A stretch of 64,000 nucleotides of DNA from Octopus vulgaris (GCA_951406725.2 OX597821.1:111476001-111540000), one strand, 5' to 3'. Positions 14,500-28,359 are shown, counted from the first letter of the stretch. Numbers and translations are program-made. Notes: generated by a model from the letters alone, not told the origin.

Positions 14500-15081
14500 C
14501 GTCGAATTTTATCCCTAATTTTGTGGTTATAGAACCTAGCTGTTCTTTCTAGCGTGTTGAATCCCGCGAGTGGATTCCTAATGTGTTTAAATGTTCACTG
14601 TATTTTATGAGTAATACATAGTCTTTGGACTAAATTTTTACACGCTAGGCCACTGGAAGTGAAAATTTCTATTAATTCCCATTTTCCTTCGATATGAATA
14701 AGATTTTAGATAATTTTCATATTTTAAAAGTAGGCATTTTTTAATTGCCGACGAGGGGTTGCGTCTGTGCAGTAGATTTTGAAGAAATTAGGATGTATAA
14801 ACAAGAGGCACTTAATTGATTGCCTCGTGTTTTATATATTTAATCCAAGATGTACCTGTTGAAGAAGATTTCACCGAGCGAATATTATTTATTTGCTAAA
14901 CTAAAATCAGAAACCAAAATGGTCCAGGAAACTAGATGGTAACAGTTTTTATTTTTCCATTTCATTCCTGTCGAATTTTATCCCTAATTTTGTGGTTATA
15001 GAATCTAGTTGTTCTATCTAGCGTGTTGAATCCCGCGAGTGGATCCCTTATGTGTTTAAATGTACACTGTATTTTATGAGT
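14500..15081 (+). mobile_element. ~470-bp unit with ~112-bp terminal direct repeat and hammerhead motif (pLTR/retrozyme-like)
   Basis: 14501-14613 repeated at 14970-15081; CCTG-TTGAAGA..GAAA-CCA-aaa-TGG-TC-CAGG at 14855-14928. Confidence 0.7.
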
Positions 15082-15122
15082 ATATATATATATTGATATG
15101 TGTATGTGTATGTGTATATATA

Positions 15123-15189
<67 letters not shown>

Positions 15190-15190
15190 A

Positions 15191-15240
<50 letters not shown>

Positions 15241-15626
15241 GGCTAAAACTACGCGCCTTCACTAGTCAGTTAAGGTGAGACAATGTCACGTGACAACTTG
15301 CTGAGGCTGCCTGCTGGAGCCTAGCGGCAGGTATTTAAAGGGAAAATTTTGACAAGTCAGTCAGTCACCGGCTGACACTCGCTGACGATACATCGAAGAG
15401 GCCAGGGAACAGAAGAAAGAAGACATGCACCCAACACCAGAGCTGAAGACACCTCCGAAAGGATGGGGGGGGGGGGGGCACCACGTCAAAGCGGTAGAGG
15501 AGTAGGGGCCGAAACCGGACGTGGTTCCTCCTGATGATGTCTTGAGCTAACTGGATCCTATAAAGGAGCTGCTGTCGTAGCAGACCACGAAACACGGTTG
15601 TAATTCCATATATATATATATATATA

Positions 15627-15876
15627 TTGGGTTGGTGCATAATTATTGCGGCTTTTTTTTCAACAAATCTTATTCAACAAAAACAATAACAAAATTTAAC
15701 AAAAACATCTTTAAATTGGGGTTTGACCATATGCCAGGCAAATGGGAGGCAGTAATTGAAGTAGATGGTGAATATGATCCGGAAAAATCATTTAAAGATG
15801 TTTTCCTTACCTTGTTATTATTTTCGTTGAATAAAATTTCTTGGAAAAGAGCCGCAATAATTATGCACCAACCCAA
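15627..15876 (+). mobile_element. Mariner-derived MITE (250 bp)
   Basis: Perfect 26-bp TIR TTGGGTTGGTGCATAATTATTGCGGC, TA on both sides; retains transposase end GFDHMPGKWEAVIEVDGEY. Confidence 0.9.
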
Positions 15877-15925
15877 TATATATATATATACTTACATACA
15901 AGGCCAAAGAGGGTACGGGCGCCGC

Positions 15926-16247
15926 TATATATATTATATGTAGAAAAATACAAACTGGGACAAGAACGCAAAACATTTAGAAGACGATACAAAAAACACG
16001 GACGGGACATTCGAAGCCTTCAATCTTCAGTCAAGAACCGAATCATCCTCGCAATTTAAGAAATCTAATGCTCGTAGCTTAGTTTTTCCTTGGGGCTGGC
16101 CGGATCGGAGCGATCTCAAGATTAATCAGCCGAAATTGCGAGGATGATCCGGTTCTTGACTGAAGATTGAAGGCTTCGAATGTCCCGTCCGTGTTTTTTG
16201 TATCGTCTTCTAAATGTTTTACGTTCTTGTCCCAGTTTGTATTTTTC

Positions 16248-16262
<15 letters not shown>
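15926..16262. repeat. Long inverted repeat (arms ~130 bp, spacer 16058-16132)
   Basis: 15926-16057 is the reverse complement of 16133-16262; bounded by TA runs. Confidence 0.9.
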
Positions 16263-16282
<20 letters not shown>

Positions 16283-16403
16283 CATGCACATAAATATATG
16301 AATATGTATACCTATATACACACACACACGCAAATATGCACACTTGTATAAGTAGATACATTTGTACGTACATATATGCACCCAAATTCATACACATATA
16401 CAT

Positions 16404-16467
<64 letters not shown>

Positions 16468-16961
16468 GATTGTGTGTGTTTGTAAGTATATGTCTTGAGC
16501 ATGGTTAGATCTGCTTAGGCATGTCGGTGTATTTTTTAAGGAAACAGGTGTTATATCGTGCCTCGATTGTCGGGAATTTCCCAGACACGAACCTCTGATT
16601 AATCCTTTAACATTCAGATTCCTCTGTCAAATGTAATCCTTATTTATTCACATAGTTTTGAATTAATCGTGCATTATCTCGCATCTTAGAAATTTCACTG
16701 GCGTGATTATTTCTCTTTTGAATGACAATGTAGGGTAGATATAAGGAACCAGATCTGGCCAGATTTAATGCAAGACAGGTAGAATATTGGCGTCGGATAT
16801 ATATATATAAAGCCTTGTGAGCGGATTTGGTAGGCGGAAACTGAGAGAAGCCTGTCGTATATATGTAAACATGTAAATGTGTGTTCATATATATGTGTGT
16901 GTATACACGCACTTTCTGACAAGTTGTGGCGCACCTGAGCACTGTATGCAATATTTTCATT

Positions 16962-17033
<72 letters not shown>

Positions 17034-17073
17034 CATACATATATATGTATATATATATAGGTATATGTGTATG

Positions 17074-17115
<42 letters not shown>

Positions 17116-17146
17116 CTATCTATCTATATATATATATATATATATA

Positions 17147-17236
17147 TCACCATGATCACCGTGACCGAACAGGCTATCAGATGTTGCTACACATCGCTGC
17201 TCACAATGCGCTTCGCATTGTTTTAGCCTTCAAATG
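17147..17236 (-). mobile_element. SINE family D, 3' tail fragment
   Basis: Matches 61811-61900 and the reverse complement of 39325-39393. Confidence 0.75.
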
Positions 17237-17268
<32 letters not shown>

Positions 17269-17689
17269 AACACACGATAGATTAATACAGGACAAAATAC
17301 CGATAGAAGATAAATCCTCGTCAGTTGTCGACTGTTTTACTACTCACTATTTTGTGCTTTCAACGACAAGATAGGAAAAATTCATAAGATAGCAGCATCC
17401 GAAAATTAAAAAAAAAACAAACTTATGGTGAGTTAGGTTTTGAATGAACAAACAACAACAGAGTGGATGTACAGAGTAAACAATCGACGAAGACAAAGAT
17501 TAAGGGCATTGTAATAGGTAACGCCTGGGAGAAATTTTGAAAGGATATAGAATAGAAGAAAATAGAAGAGAAAAATGTCGAGAGGCGAGAGAAATAACGT
17601 CCAACTAGGTGAACGTCTCGTCCAGAAGAGACAGAGGAGTGCGTGTGTGTGCATGTGTGTGTGCATGTGTGTGTGTGTGTGCGTTTATT

Positions 17690-17890
17690 CCTTCACGCCA
17701 CTTCACAACCAGTATCGGTTTGTTTACCTCCTCGTAATTGGCGGCTCGGCAAAAGTGGCCGATAGAATAAGTACCAGACTTTAAAAACAGAAATACACAC
17801 TGCGGGGCGATTTCTTCGACTGAAACGCTTCAAAGAGATGCCCCAGCATGGCCGCAGTGCAATGATCGAAACAAGTAGAAGATAAAAGAG
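17690..17890 (+). mobile_element. SINE family B, decayed 3' half
   Basis: CCGATAGAATAAGTACCAG..CCCCAGCATGGCCGCAGT..GAAACAAGTA. Confidence 0.75.
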
Positions 17891-17992
17891 AAAACAATTC
17901 AAATTTGTGAGAGAATTGGACAGAAAATGTCTCCACATTGAATAGAAACGAATGTTTCATTTTATTGCGTTTGTCTCTTGGAATACTTTACG

Positions 17993-18034
<42 letters not shown>

Positions 18035-18370
18035 GAGAGAGAGGAAGAAAGGGGGTGAGTATCTCACCATATGTAGTTCTTTACGCTAAATACATGCAAA
18101 TACAATTATAATTCTGTACAATCTGGAATTGTTATGTCTCTGAAGAACGATTAAAAAAAAAATCCTGGTATGTTCTATAAAGTTTTTATAACAATTGAGA
18201 TTTACTGTTGTTGTTGTTGTTTTTGCAAGCGTTGTTTGTTTTTGTTTTTGATTTTCTTTTGTTATGGTTTTGTTTGAATTTTTCGCTTTCCACAATTGAA
18301 AGTTTCATGAAAGAGATTGAATTCCTGATAGCTATACCAGTCGATTAACGGATTTTTTAAAAGGGAAAAT

Positions 18371-18413
<43 letters not shown>

Positions 18414-18429
18414 AAAAGAAAAACAGTTT

Positions 18430-18948
<519 letters not shown>

Positions 18949-18950
18949 TC

Positions 18951-19019
<69 letters not shown>

Positions 19020-19022
19020 TCA

Positions 19023-19272
19023 TTCGTTTATTGGCCACAAGGGCTAACAAAAATCAATTAAAACTTAAAGGGACAAAACACAGGACGAAAGTTACAAAGG
19101 GTTTTGTCCGTTTGAAAAAAGTTCGTGTACAAAAGCGAGATGACAACGAAAAATAAGTAACAATTAAAACTCCCAATAGGGGGAGGCGCTTCGAAAGGTT
19201 ACTCGTGGAAAAACCCATAAAAGCCACGGGAGCCTGGTCAAAAGGTGGGGGGTAAAGAGCCCCTTTCTCCTT
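19023..19272 (-). mobile_element. Probable LINE 3' UTR fragment
   Basis: Minus strand ends ..TAGCCCTTGTGGCCAATAAACG next to (ATT)n; resembles the SINE A tail; no coding part remains, so the LINE call is inferred. Confidence 0.4.
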
Positions 19273-19654
19273 TTATATTAATAATAATACTATATGTTGA
19301 TATATTTCAGGGGTGGGGATAGTTGATTACTTGACTGCAATTTACTTTATTGGCTCCCAAGAAGAACGAAAGGCAAAATTGACCTCGCTAGGATCTGAAA
19401 CCAGAATGCAAAAATGCGGTAAGTCAATACTTCACGGCATTTCTTTTTGGTATAACAGGAGCAAAGAATTCCCTGACAACCCCAAAGAAAAGAGCTTCCT
19501 CTTCCACCACCACCACCACCGCCATCCATTAGGCACAAATACCGGATACCATCCTGATATGTAAAATCACAAAAACATAGCTTTTATCTTTGTTCCCAAC
19601 ACATTTTCTCTCAGACTTTACACGCACGAAAACGTGTGTGTATGTGTGTATACA

Positions 19655-19722
<68 letters not shown>

Positions 19723-19754
19723 TGTATGTAGGTATATATATATATGTATATATG

Positions 19755-19800
<46 letters not shown>

Positions 19801-19849
19801 TACACACACATTTTTGTGCGTGTAAAGTCTATATATATATATATGTATA

Positions 19850-19885
<36 letters not shown>

Positions 19886-19900
19886 TGTATGTATGTATGA

Positions 19901-19931
<31 letters not shown>

Positions 19932-20601
19932 ATAATATATATATATACACACACGCACACATAAACATACACAATAAAAACAAAAATAGTAATACATAGC
20001 CTTATAGACAGATGACGTCACAGAAAGCCGACTCCAAGCAAATAGGCTTCGAAGATGGAGTATCCCATCACCTGACCCGTCTCCGTTCTTGCCAACAACG
20101 CAAAAGAACATCTGATAAAGATGACTTTATCACACTCGTTAACATAAGTATACCTGACGTACGGGCAGCAGATGAAAATGCGTAGAATTGCGTATAGCGA
20201 ATACAAAGAAAATGCGTAGAGCGAATCTACAGTGCTCACGACACATGTATGAAAACATAGCGATGAAAAGAAAACGGCGCTGAAAAATCCCAAGAATTCT
20301 CGTAGGCACCGCACTTCGCTAACACATACACACACTTATGCATACATGAACAAACACATACGCAATGAATAGCAGCGCAGGCGAGGTATTGGACTTGTTC
20401 TGACTTATTTTAGCAGAATCTTGGCTCTCATTTATTCGCAACAAATCGCATTAAGCAACGAAGGCAACAAAACCAGCGCCCTTCGCAACAGCAAAGACTT
20501 GTGCATAACACAAGTGGGTGCAAAGAAGCGACAACAGCAACGGCGGCAGCAGCAACGGCGGCAGCAGCAACGGCGGCAGCAGCAACAGCAGCAATAACAG
20601 T

Positions 20602-20985
20602 GAAGGCGCAATGGCCTAGTGGTTAGGACAGCGGACTCGCGGTCCGAGGATCGCGGTTTCGATTCCCAGACCGGGCGTTGTGTGTGTTTATTGAGCAAAA
20701 ACACCTAAAGCTCCACGAGGCTCCGGCAGGGGGTGGTGGCGACCCCTGTTGTACTCTTTCGCCCCAATTTTCTCTCACTCTTTCTTCCTGTTTCTTGTCC
20801 CCGACTTCCTACGCAACCGCTGAGCCTGGATGCGCATTCATCCATCCGTCGATGCTCTCGGTGTCGGGGGTTGACCTGCTTTCTCTTCTGCGGGTCTTAC
20901 GAACAGCAAAGGACCACGTTTTGGACTTCTCCCACTAATGGGACGAATACCGCTTCGCTCAACAAACAAACAAACAAACAAACAG
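20602..20985 (+). mobile_element. SINE family C, tRNA-derived
   Basis: A box TGGCCTAGTGG, B box GGTTTCGATTCC, (AAAC)n tail; middle part matches the reverse complement of 63960-64000. Confidence 0.8.
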
Positions 20986-21224
20986 CAGCAGCAACAACAG
21001 CCGTTCAAGAATTTGGACCTGGAGATCTCCATTTCCAGCGACCTCCCAGTGGTGTTGGGCATCAACGAAGAGCCCTCGACTACAACAAGGCGACCAAAGA
21101 TTTTTTTTCCAAGGTCTGGGGTCTCCCGCTCCTAAGCCCCAGACCGTCACCTAATCACCCTTACCCGTCTTGTTTCTTAACAACAACAACAACAACAACA
21201 ACAACTACAACATCAGGAGCAACA

Positions 21225-21425
21225 ACTGCGTTTGTCTGCCTCCACCGCTTGATAACCGGTGTTGGTTTATTTACTCCATCGTAGTTTAGCGGTTAGGCAA
21301 ATGAGGACCGATTGAATTCGTACCAAGCTTAAAAAGAAATAAGTACTAGGATTACCGGGATCGATTTCTAGGCGGTGCTCCAGCATGGCAGCTGTCCAAT
21401 GACTGAAACAAATAAAAAAGATAAG
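21225..21425 (+). mobile_element. SINE family B, 3' half
   Basis: GGCGGTGCTCCAGCATGGCAGCTGTCCAATGACTGAAACA tail. Confidence 0.75.
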
Positions 21426-21763
21426 AATTAATAAAAATAAAAAAAAAGACAGGAAAGCTTCATTCGACATACGCCAACGAGAAACAAAAACATATATATA
21501 TACATATATAAACAAAGAAATAAAATAGTAACAGAAGGTGTATCTTATACATGACAGAATCAGATTAATTTTGACATTGTAGCAAATACAATTATCAAAC
21601 GTTTAGCATTATCGAAAACATGTCAGAGATTTTCATTGCAAGCAGGAATCTCGACTGACTGGAGAACGTCCGAAAATATTATTTGATGATAAAAGAGATA
21701 TTTTAAAATGACTGACGAGATTATAGAGTATCTGCTGACAACTTAAGCAATATCTCCATAAAT

Positions 21764-21800
<37 letters not shown>

Positions 21801-21827
21801 GCAGCAGCAGCTACAACAAGAATAATG

Positions 21828-22052
21828 ATGGTTTTAAATGTTTGGCCCAAGGCCAGGAAGTTCAGTGAAAGGAGTAAGTCGATTACAACAATTCCAGTGC
21901 TCAACTGGAACTTATTTTATCGGCCCCCCCACCTCCACCCCCCGGAAAGAATAAAGAGTAAAGTCGACCTCGGCGGGATTTGAACTCAGAACGTGAAAAG
22001 ACGGACGAAATATTGCGAAGCATTTTGTTCGACGTGCTAACGATTCTGCTAG
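21828..22052 (-). mobile_element. SINE family A
   Basis: AAAGTCGACCTCGGCGGGATTTGAACTCAGAACGT..GTGCTAACGATTCTGC. Confidence 0.8.
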
Positions 22053-22202
22053 TAGATAATCTCTTTCGCCACAGCTACCATGCTTGACCAGCCGAATTAA
22101 AGGCAGTGGTGGTGGTGGTGGCGGCGGGGGATAATCCTCACTATGGACCCAGCCGTCAGATGGATCCGTCCCCCACACGACAAAGGATGTTCGACATAAC
22201 TC

Positions 22203-22320
22203 CACATGGTTCCGGGTTCAGTCCCACCTTGGGCAAGTGTCTTCTACTCTAGCCTCGGGCCGACCAAAGCCTTGTAAGTGGATTTGGTAGACAGAAACTG
22301 AAAGAAGTCCATCGTATATA

Positions 22321-22383
<63 letters not shown>

Positions 22384-22595
22384 ATATGTTTGTGTGTCTG
22401 TGTTTGTCCCCCAACATCGCTTGACAACCGATGCTGGGGTGTTTACGTCCCCGTAACTTAGCGGTTCGGCAAAAGAGACCGATAGAATAAGTACTAGGCT
22501 TACAAAGAATAAGTCCTGGAGTCGATTAGCTCGAATAAAAGCGGTACTCCAGCATGACCGCAGTCAAATGACTGAAACAAGTAAAAGAGTAAAGA
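22203..22595 (+). mobile_element. SINE family B, 5'-truncated
   Basis: High similarity to 52190-52608 including the internal (TA)(TG) microsatellite. Confidence 0.9.
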
Positions 22596-25500
22596 GTAAC
22601 TCAGCAATACAGAACAGTTTCGTCGCCCTGCGCGCACCTCGGACAAGCCCGACTATCAGCACATCCGTTCCTGTAAAGTTTATTTTGAACAGGTAGCGCC
22701 CCCTGGTAGCACTGCCAGGTCGACGACATCTGGAAGTTATTTCTGATTGCCTTCGACCAGAAAGTCCTCCGGAACAGACTAGCTCGTTCATTTTCATCGA
22801 CGTTCAGTGTTTCCCCGAGGACGTCGTTGCACCTCTTCGTCACTAATCCTCTCTATATCCGACTGTTAGAGGACTAAGCATCTGACGATAGGTGCCAGGC
22901 GTCCAGTCTCGGACTTTCCTCTCACCCAGGACTGCAGCTCTGGCAAGGTGACGAGCGGCCGAATGCTGTGCCTCACAAACGAAGCCCAGACACGTTCACC
23001 GTCCAGAAATTGTAGCAGGTTGCATAACCTGAGCGCGGGTCCCCGCATTAGAAGCCACAGCATGCCTAAACCGCCACTCAGAGGGTGCTGGAAGTAGACT
23101 GACTGCCTGACCAGTGGAACGCATCCCTTCCACAAAAAATGAATAAGAAATACTCTACCCTGATCTAGCAGTAACTGGGGCAAAGCAGGAAGTTCAGGTG
23201 ATAAAAGATAATGGAGGTGATGTAGGCATTCACCACCTCTAATCGACCTTCCAAGGACAGCTTCCTTTCTGACCATTTCTGGGTAAGACTGGCCACCCTG
23301 TTCGTCACCTCGTCCCAGTTCTTATCTTCCTGACGGTCGGAACCAAACTAGAACCCTATCAGTTTAATCGGTCCGTTAGTTTCGACGGCATCGACCTTCT
23401 CTCCAGGAGCCTAACCGGAAGTCCATCGACTTGTCAGATTTGATTTTGTCCCTTGCAACAAACTCATATTCCTTTGCAATGGAGTCGACCGTTTCCACTT
23501 CGAAGGCGTCCAACAACATATCAGTGACGTCGTCCGCGCATTCCGATAGAGCTCTCCCGTGTCCCAGTTCAAAAAGGATGCCCCTCAACTGTTCCTATCT
23601 CCGCAGCAGTTGATGGAGAGCTGGTACGTACACCCCAATCCGTGTTCTTGTTGTCACGTTGCATCTCAACTGTTTGGACCCATCGGACGGCTTTAGTTCC
23701 TTTGTGTTTGAGTGCACGGACCTTAGCTCTGACAACGCAACCTTCATGTTTCTCCAGCGAGCAGCCCTGGTCGACCGAGCGTGAGATGTGAGAAGGTTCC
23801 GATAGGTGGCCGTTTAGCTTGAGCGTCTGAAAACGGGTCCGAAACCGTCCGCTTTCAAGACGGCTTCCAAGGGACGATGGCCGATTCTATCGAGTACTTT
23901 GGACAGATCCAAATTGATCAGGGCCCATCGAAACCAGCTTTAATCCTAGCCCTCTCTATGATGTTTCGCAGCGGGTGGAGGTTGTCGTGGATAAACCTAT
24001 TCAGGATTGCGCACATTTGCGCTTCCACAACCAGACTACCAGACTTTTCGCTAACACCTTGGCCAAAATCTTAAACTCTGTATTTAGCAGAGTTATAGAC
24101 TGAAAATACCCCAGAATGTCCTCATTGTTGACGTCCTTTCTCAGCAGTGTTACCATGTTAACAGCATTACGAATTCTTCCCTTCTGCTGTCAGTTATGAT
24201 AGATGTCTGTCAAGAGGCCACCAAACAATTCTGTGATGAACTCATAGAATTCATAACGCAGACCATCCACATCGGACGATTTGCGACTTGTGCAATCGCT
24301 CATCGCCTCCCGTATTTCAATGGCCGTTATCGGCTTTTCGCAGAACCTTGCGTCGGCAGCCGAGAGCCCTGGCAGTCTGTTTAGGTATGAACTAAAGTCC
24401 GCTATCATCGCCGGCACATCGCCCTCCCTAAACAACTTCTCGAAGTGCTGCTGGGGAACCGCACACATCTGCTCGCAACAGAGTAGCACTCACTCATCCC
24501 AATCCGTCAAAGATCTGATCGTGTTCTTGTTGTCACGTTGCTTCTCAACAGTTTGGGCCCATCGGACGGCTTTAGTTCCTTTGTGTTTGAGTGCACGGGC
24601 CTTAGCTTTGACAACGCAGCCTTCATGTTTCTCCACGAAGAAACGGTCAAAAGCCATTCTCACCGCTGGAACGTCGGTCGTCGCATTACCTTTACTACTT
24701 GCTTTTCTACTTTGCTAACTAGTTCACCCTCTGATTTATTTATTTCTATAGCTAGTTCTTTGCTAAACGCTATCGATTCTAATCTAATCGACCTCTTCAG
24801 TGTTATTCACCAACGGTTGTCGACAATTGCACCTTTCGACGCCGCTTAACCAGTTCGCTATTGCGGTCCTTTTAGTCTTTGTGTTCCGGTAAGGACGCAT
24901 TCATCTTCCAGCAACCGGGTCCTGTCTACGGGTCTTGTCTACAGGTCCATTCTAAATCGACCGTGAAGATAATAAATGTGTGGTCTGTTGTAGCTGATCA
25001 ATTTGCATAGTAGGCACCTATTGTCTGACCTAACAAATATTCTAATCTAGCTACGATCTGGATGCCCCGTTGTGGCTGATTCATGTCCACACTGGCACAT
25101 CAAAGAAATCCAGTTGCTACCTGTTAGACAGCTGGAAATTTCTGAGCAAGTTATCGAGGTTTTCACATCCCTTCTGCTATACGCTAGACCCAAACAGTCC
25201 TTTCCTGCGTCCAAAATACTATTCCAGTCCCCCACTAGTACTAAAGTGCGAGACGTTCCCAAGAGTGTTTCAAGACGCCTGAAGAAATCTAGCATTCCAA
25301 CCTCTACCGGGTCATAAACAGCTACCAGTCTAAAGGCGTCACCTTCGCTGCCATTCACGTCCTGGACCACTACCTTATCATCCAGGTCCAAGAAGATTGT
25401 TCGGACTTGGAAATATAAGGATTTCCGGAATAGCACTGCTACACTGCCACCCAAAAGACCACGAGATGAGAATATCTCGATAGACCATAAGATGAGAATA

Positions 25501-25713
25501 TCCCATTGTCTTCGAAGATGGATGCTAGAGCATGCTTCCCGGAAATTATTGTTTCACTAATGGCGGCTACATCAAAATCCAGTGGCCTGGGATCGTTGAG
25601 CAAGTGAGCTTGCTTCCAGGTCGAGCAAGTGAGCTTGCTTCCAAGTCCCAGGAGCTGGTCCCAGTTTAGGCACATTGACACACTCCACTTAGGGCGTTGG
25701 TCGCGATAGGCAT
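22596..25713 (-). mobile_element. Decayed L1/Tx1-clade LINE ORF2 (APE endonuclease, RT, Cys-rich C-terminus)
   Basis: Fragments DVAAISET, GSVAVLFRK..RLVAVYDP..LVLVGDWN (endonuclease), PITAIEIREAM..KSSDVDGLRYEFY, SVDQGC, CADDVT (YADD), CPRCAQGDETVLY; many stops and frameshifts. ORF1 remnant may extend to ~26540. Confidence 0.85.
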
Positions 25714-26600
25714 TTTTGAATTTGGATCTCGGCCGCTTTTTTCACCTGGCACGACTGTGTTCCGGTGCAGCGGTATGTAACCGTGCATCTCAAAATGCTT
25801 TTGATCGCCTGTGGATGAGGGCTGGGGGCTCCTCTTCTATTTCTTTTTACAATTTGTCTGGCCAGTTTTAAATCTTTAATCTATGGAGAATTTGTCCAGA
25901 TTTCTTGCAGCAACCGCAAGAGAAATCTATTTTCCGGGATCTCTATCATGACTTTAGTTACTTTAGCGGTAGCAACGGAGGCGGCGGTGGTGTTCGACTT
26001 TCTTTCAAAATTTTCTTTGCTTTCCTTTTCTTCTTTAGACTTGTTCTTGGTATTGTTGTTGGTGACGATGATGGTGTTGTTGTTGTTGTTACCGACATTG
26101 TCGAATGTGTCGTTGAATTATTGATTTACTAAACTGTCAAAATATTTCGAAGCTGCAAGCAGACAAAAATGTATTACTTTCTGTGTTTGATTTCGCTGGC
26201 GTGGTGGTGACGTCATTTACTATAGTCACCGCTGCGTCAATGTTGCTTTTCGGACAAGGAACGTGTCGCGCCATCGAACATCCATTGTTTATCCGTCATG
26301 TTTTGAAATATTTGGAAAATAGCAAAATCTTTCCTTTTTCCAGATAGTTCTAGAAAGTTCAAAACTGCGCACACTCTGAAAAAAGGTGGTATCCCTAAAC
26401 AGAAATGCAACCAGCGCAGTCCAGGCAATGATAAAAACAAGACTGTACTAATTAAAATGAATGAACGGGGCTTAACAGGCCGAAAAGAGTAAAATCACTC
26501 TTACGACTTACGGAGCTCCCAGTCAGCGTGTCTTTTCAGTACGGTAGTACTACTACTACTAAGTAGTAGTAGTAGTAGTAGTAGTAATAATAATGATGAT

Positions 26601-26802
26601 GCCACAAGGGCAGCAGTTTTGGGGAGAGGATGAGTCGATTATATCGACTCCAGTGTTTCACTGGTACTTAATTTATCGATCCTGAAAGGATGAAAAGCAA
26701 AGTCGACTTCGGCGGAATTTGAACTCAGAGCGTAGCGACGGGCGAAATAAATACCGCTAAGCATTTCGTCCGACGAGCTAACGATTCTACCAGCTGGTGG
26801 CT
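26601..26802 (-). mobile_element. SINE family A
   Basis: Reverse-complement match to head and core. Confidence 0.85.

Positions 26803-26873
<71 letters not shown>
26803..26873. repeat. (AAT)n microsatellite
   Basis: Directly visible. Confidence 0.95.
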
Positions 26874-26875
<2 letters not shown>

Positions 26876-26877
<2 letters not shown>

Positions 26878-27358
26878 TGTTCTGTCTTGGTATAAAAGAT
26901 GGGCTACAGCAAATATTCTGCTCAATACCACAGATTTGCTTGTCAGCTGTTTGACCTTAACCAGTTGAGCATGTCCCTTAGTGGCTGACGATATGTGCAT
27001 CTCTGATCACGAGCAGAAGTAGTGGGGGAGCATCATAGCCATGTGTTGAGAGGGATTCTTTGGAGTTTGAATAATTCACCTCTGGAGACATGGGTGGGTT
27101 TTTCAACATCTTTAAACAACCCTTATTCAGGGACCGTTTGAGCGGGATGGGCTACTCAGCCTGAAGAAAATTCTAAATGGGCCCCACCTGCAAGGTCATG
27201 TGCAGTTTATCTTGATATGAGATCACCATGTCGCGCACATATGGTTGTGATGCATGTGCCTGGTGTACCCTTATCAGACGGGTAGTCATGATGGGTATAT
27301 TGGGCTTCGTATATTTTACCCCAGTGTCACTTTGATGGCATGAACTGCTCTCTCACTC
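26876..27358 (+). mobile_element. Non-coding insert bounded by (AAT)n on both sides, possibly the 3' UTR of a (TAA)n-targeting retrotransposon
   Basis: ~480 bp of complex sequence between two (AAT)n runs; single copy here, class inferred only. Confidence 0.4.
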
Positions 27359-27380
27359 AATAATAATAATAATAATAATA

Positions 27381-27584
27381 ATCCTTTCTATAGTAGGCAT
27401 GAGGCTTGGATTTTGTGGGGAGGGAGACAGTCGATCAGATCGAATCTAGTGTTTCAATGACAACTTATTTATCGACCCCACAGGATGAAAGGCAAAGTCG
27501 ACCTCGGAACTTGAACTCAAAACGTAGCGACGGGTGAAATACTGCTAAACATGGCGTCCAACGTGCTAACGATTCTGCCAGCTC
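27381..27584 (-). mobile_element. SINE family A
   Basis: GGATGAAAGGCAAAGTCGACCTCGG..GTGCTAACGATTCTGCCAGCTC. Confidence 0.8.
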
Positions 27585-27889
27585 AATGACAACAACAACA
27601 ACAATATTAATCTGTGAACATTATCAAAAGTACTTTTTAATGTACATAATAACAATCACCTTTTACTGTTGTCTTAAGATCACACCAACATCTTATAATC
27701 AAATTACTTTTAAAACAAACTTCTAATTTTCTTATATTTTGAGAGATATTCTCTAGAACAATACTCTGAGCAAAACCAAATTTATGACACCCTAGGCATA
27801 GCACCAACTTGAACTTCTAGCTTGTCTCTTGGGGTCTCTGGGTGAGATTTGGTGTCAACATGTACACATACAAAGCGAAAGCCAAACAT

Positions 27890-28170
<281 letters not shown>

Positions 28171-28292
28171 ACTCACATTGGTTTTTAATCAATGCGATAA
28201 TAATGCATACAATGAGCTTCTCTGTCCTACATGTACGGAAAACACTCTGCGAGAAATGGAAGAAAATTTGAAGAAGGGGAAATAATAATAAT

Positions 28293-28357
<65 letters not shown>

Positions 28358-28359
<2 letters not shown>

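Noticed and set aside
20602-20675. tRNA gene (also 36355 and 39147)
   Set aside because: A and B boxes are present but there is no convincing full cloverleaf or oligo-T terminator; each continues into SINE body sequence
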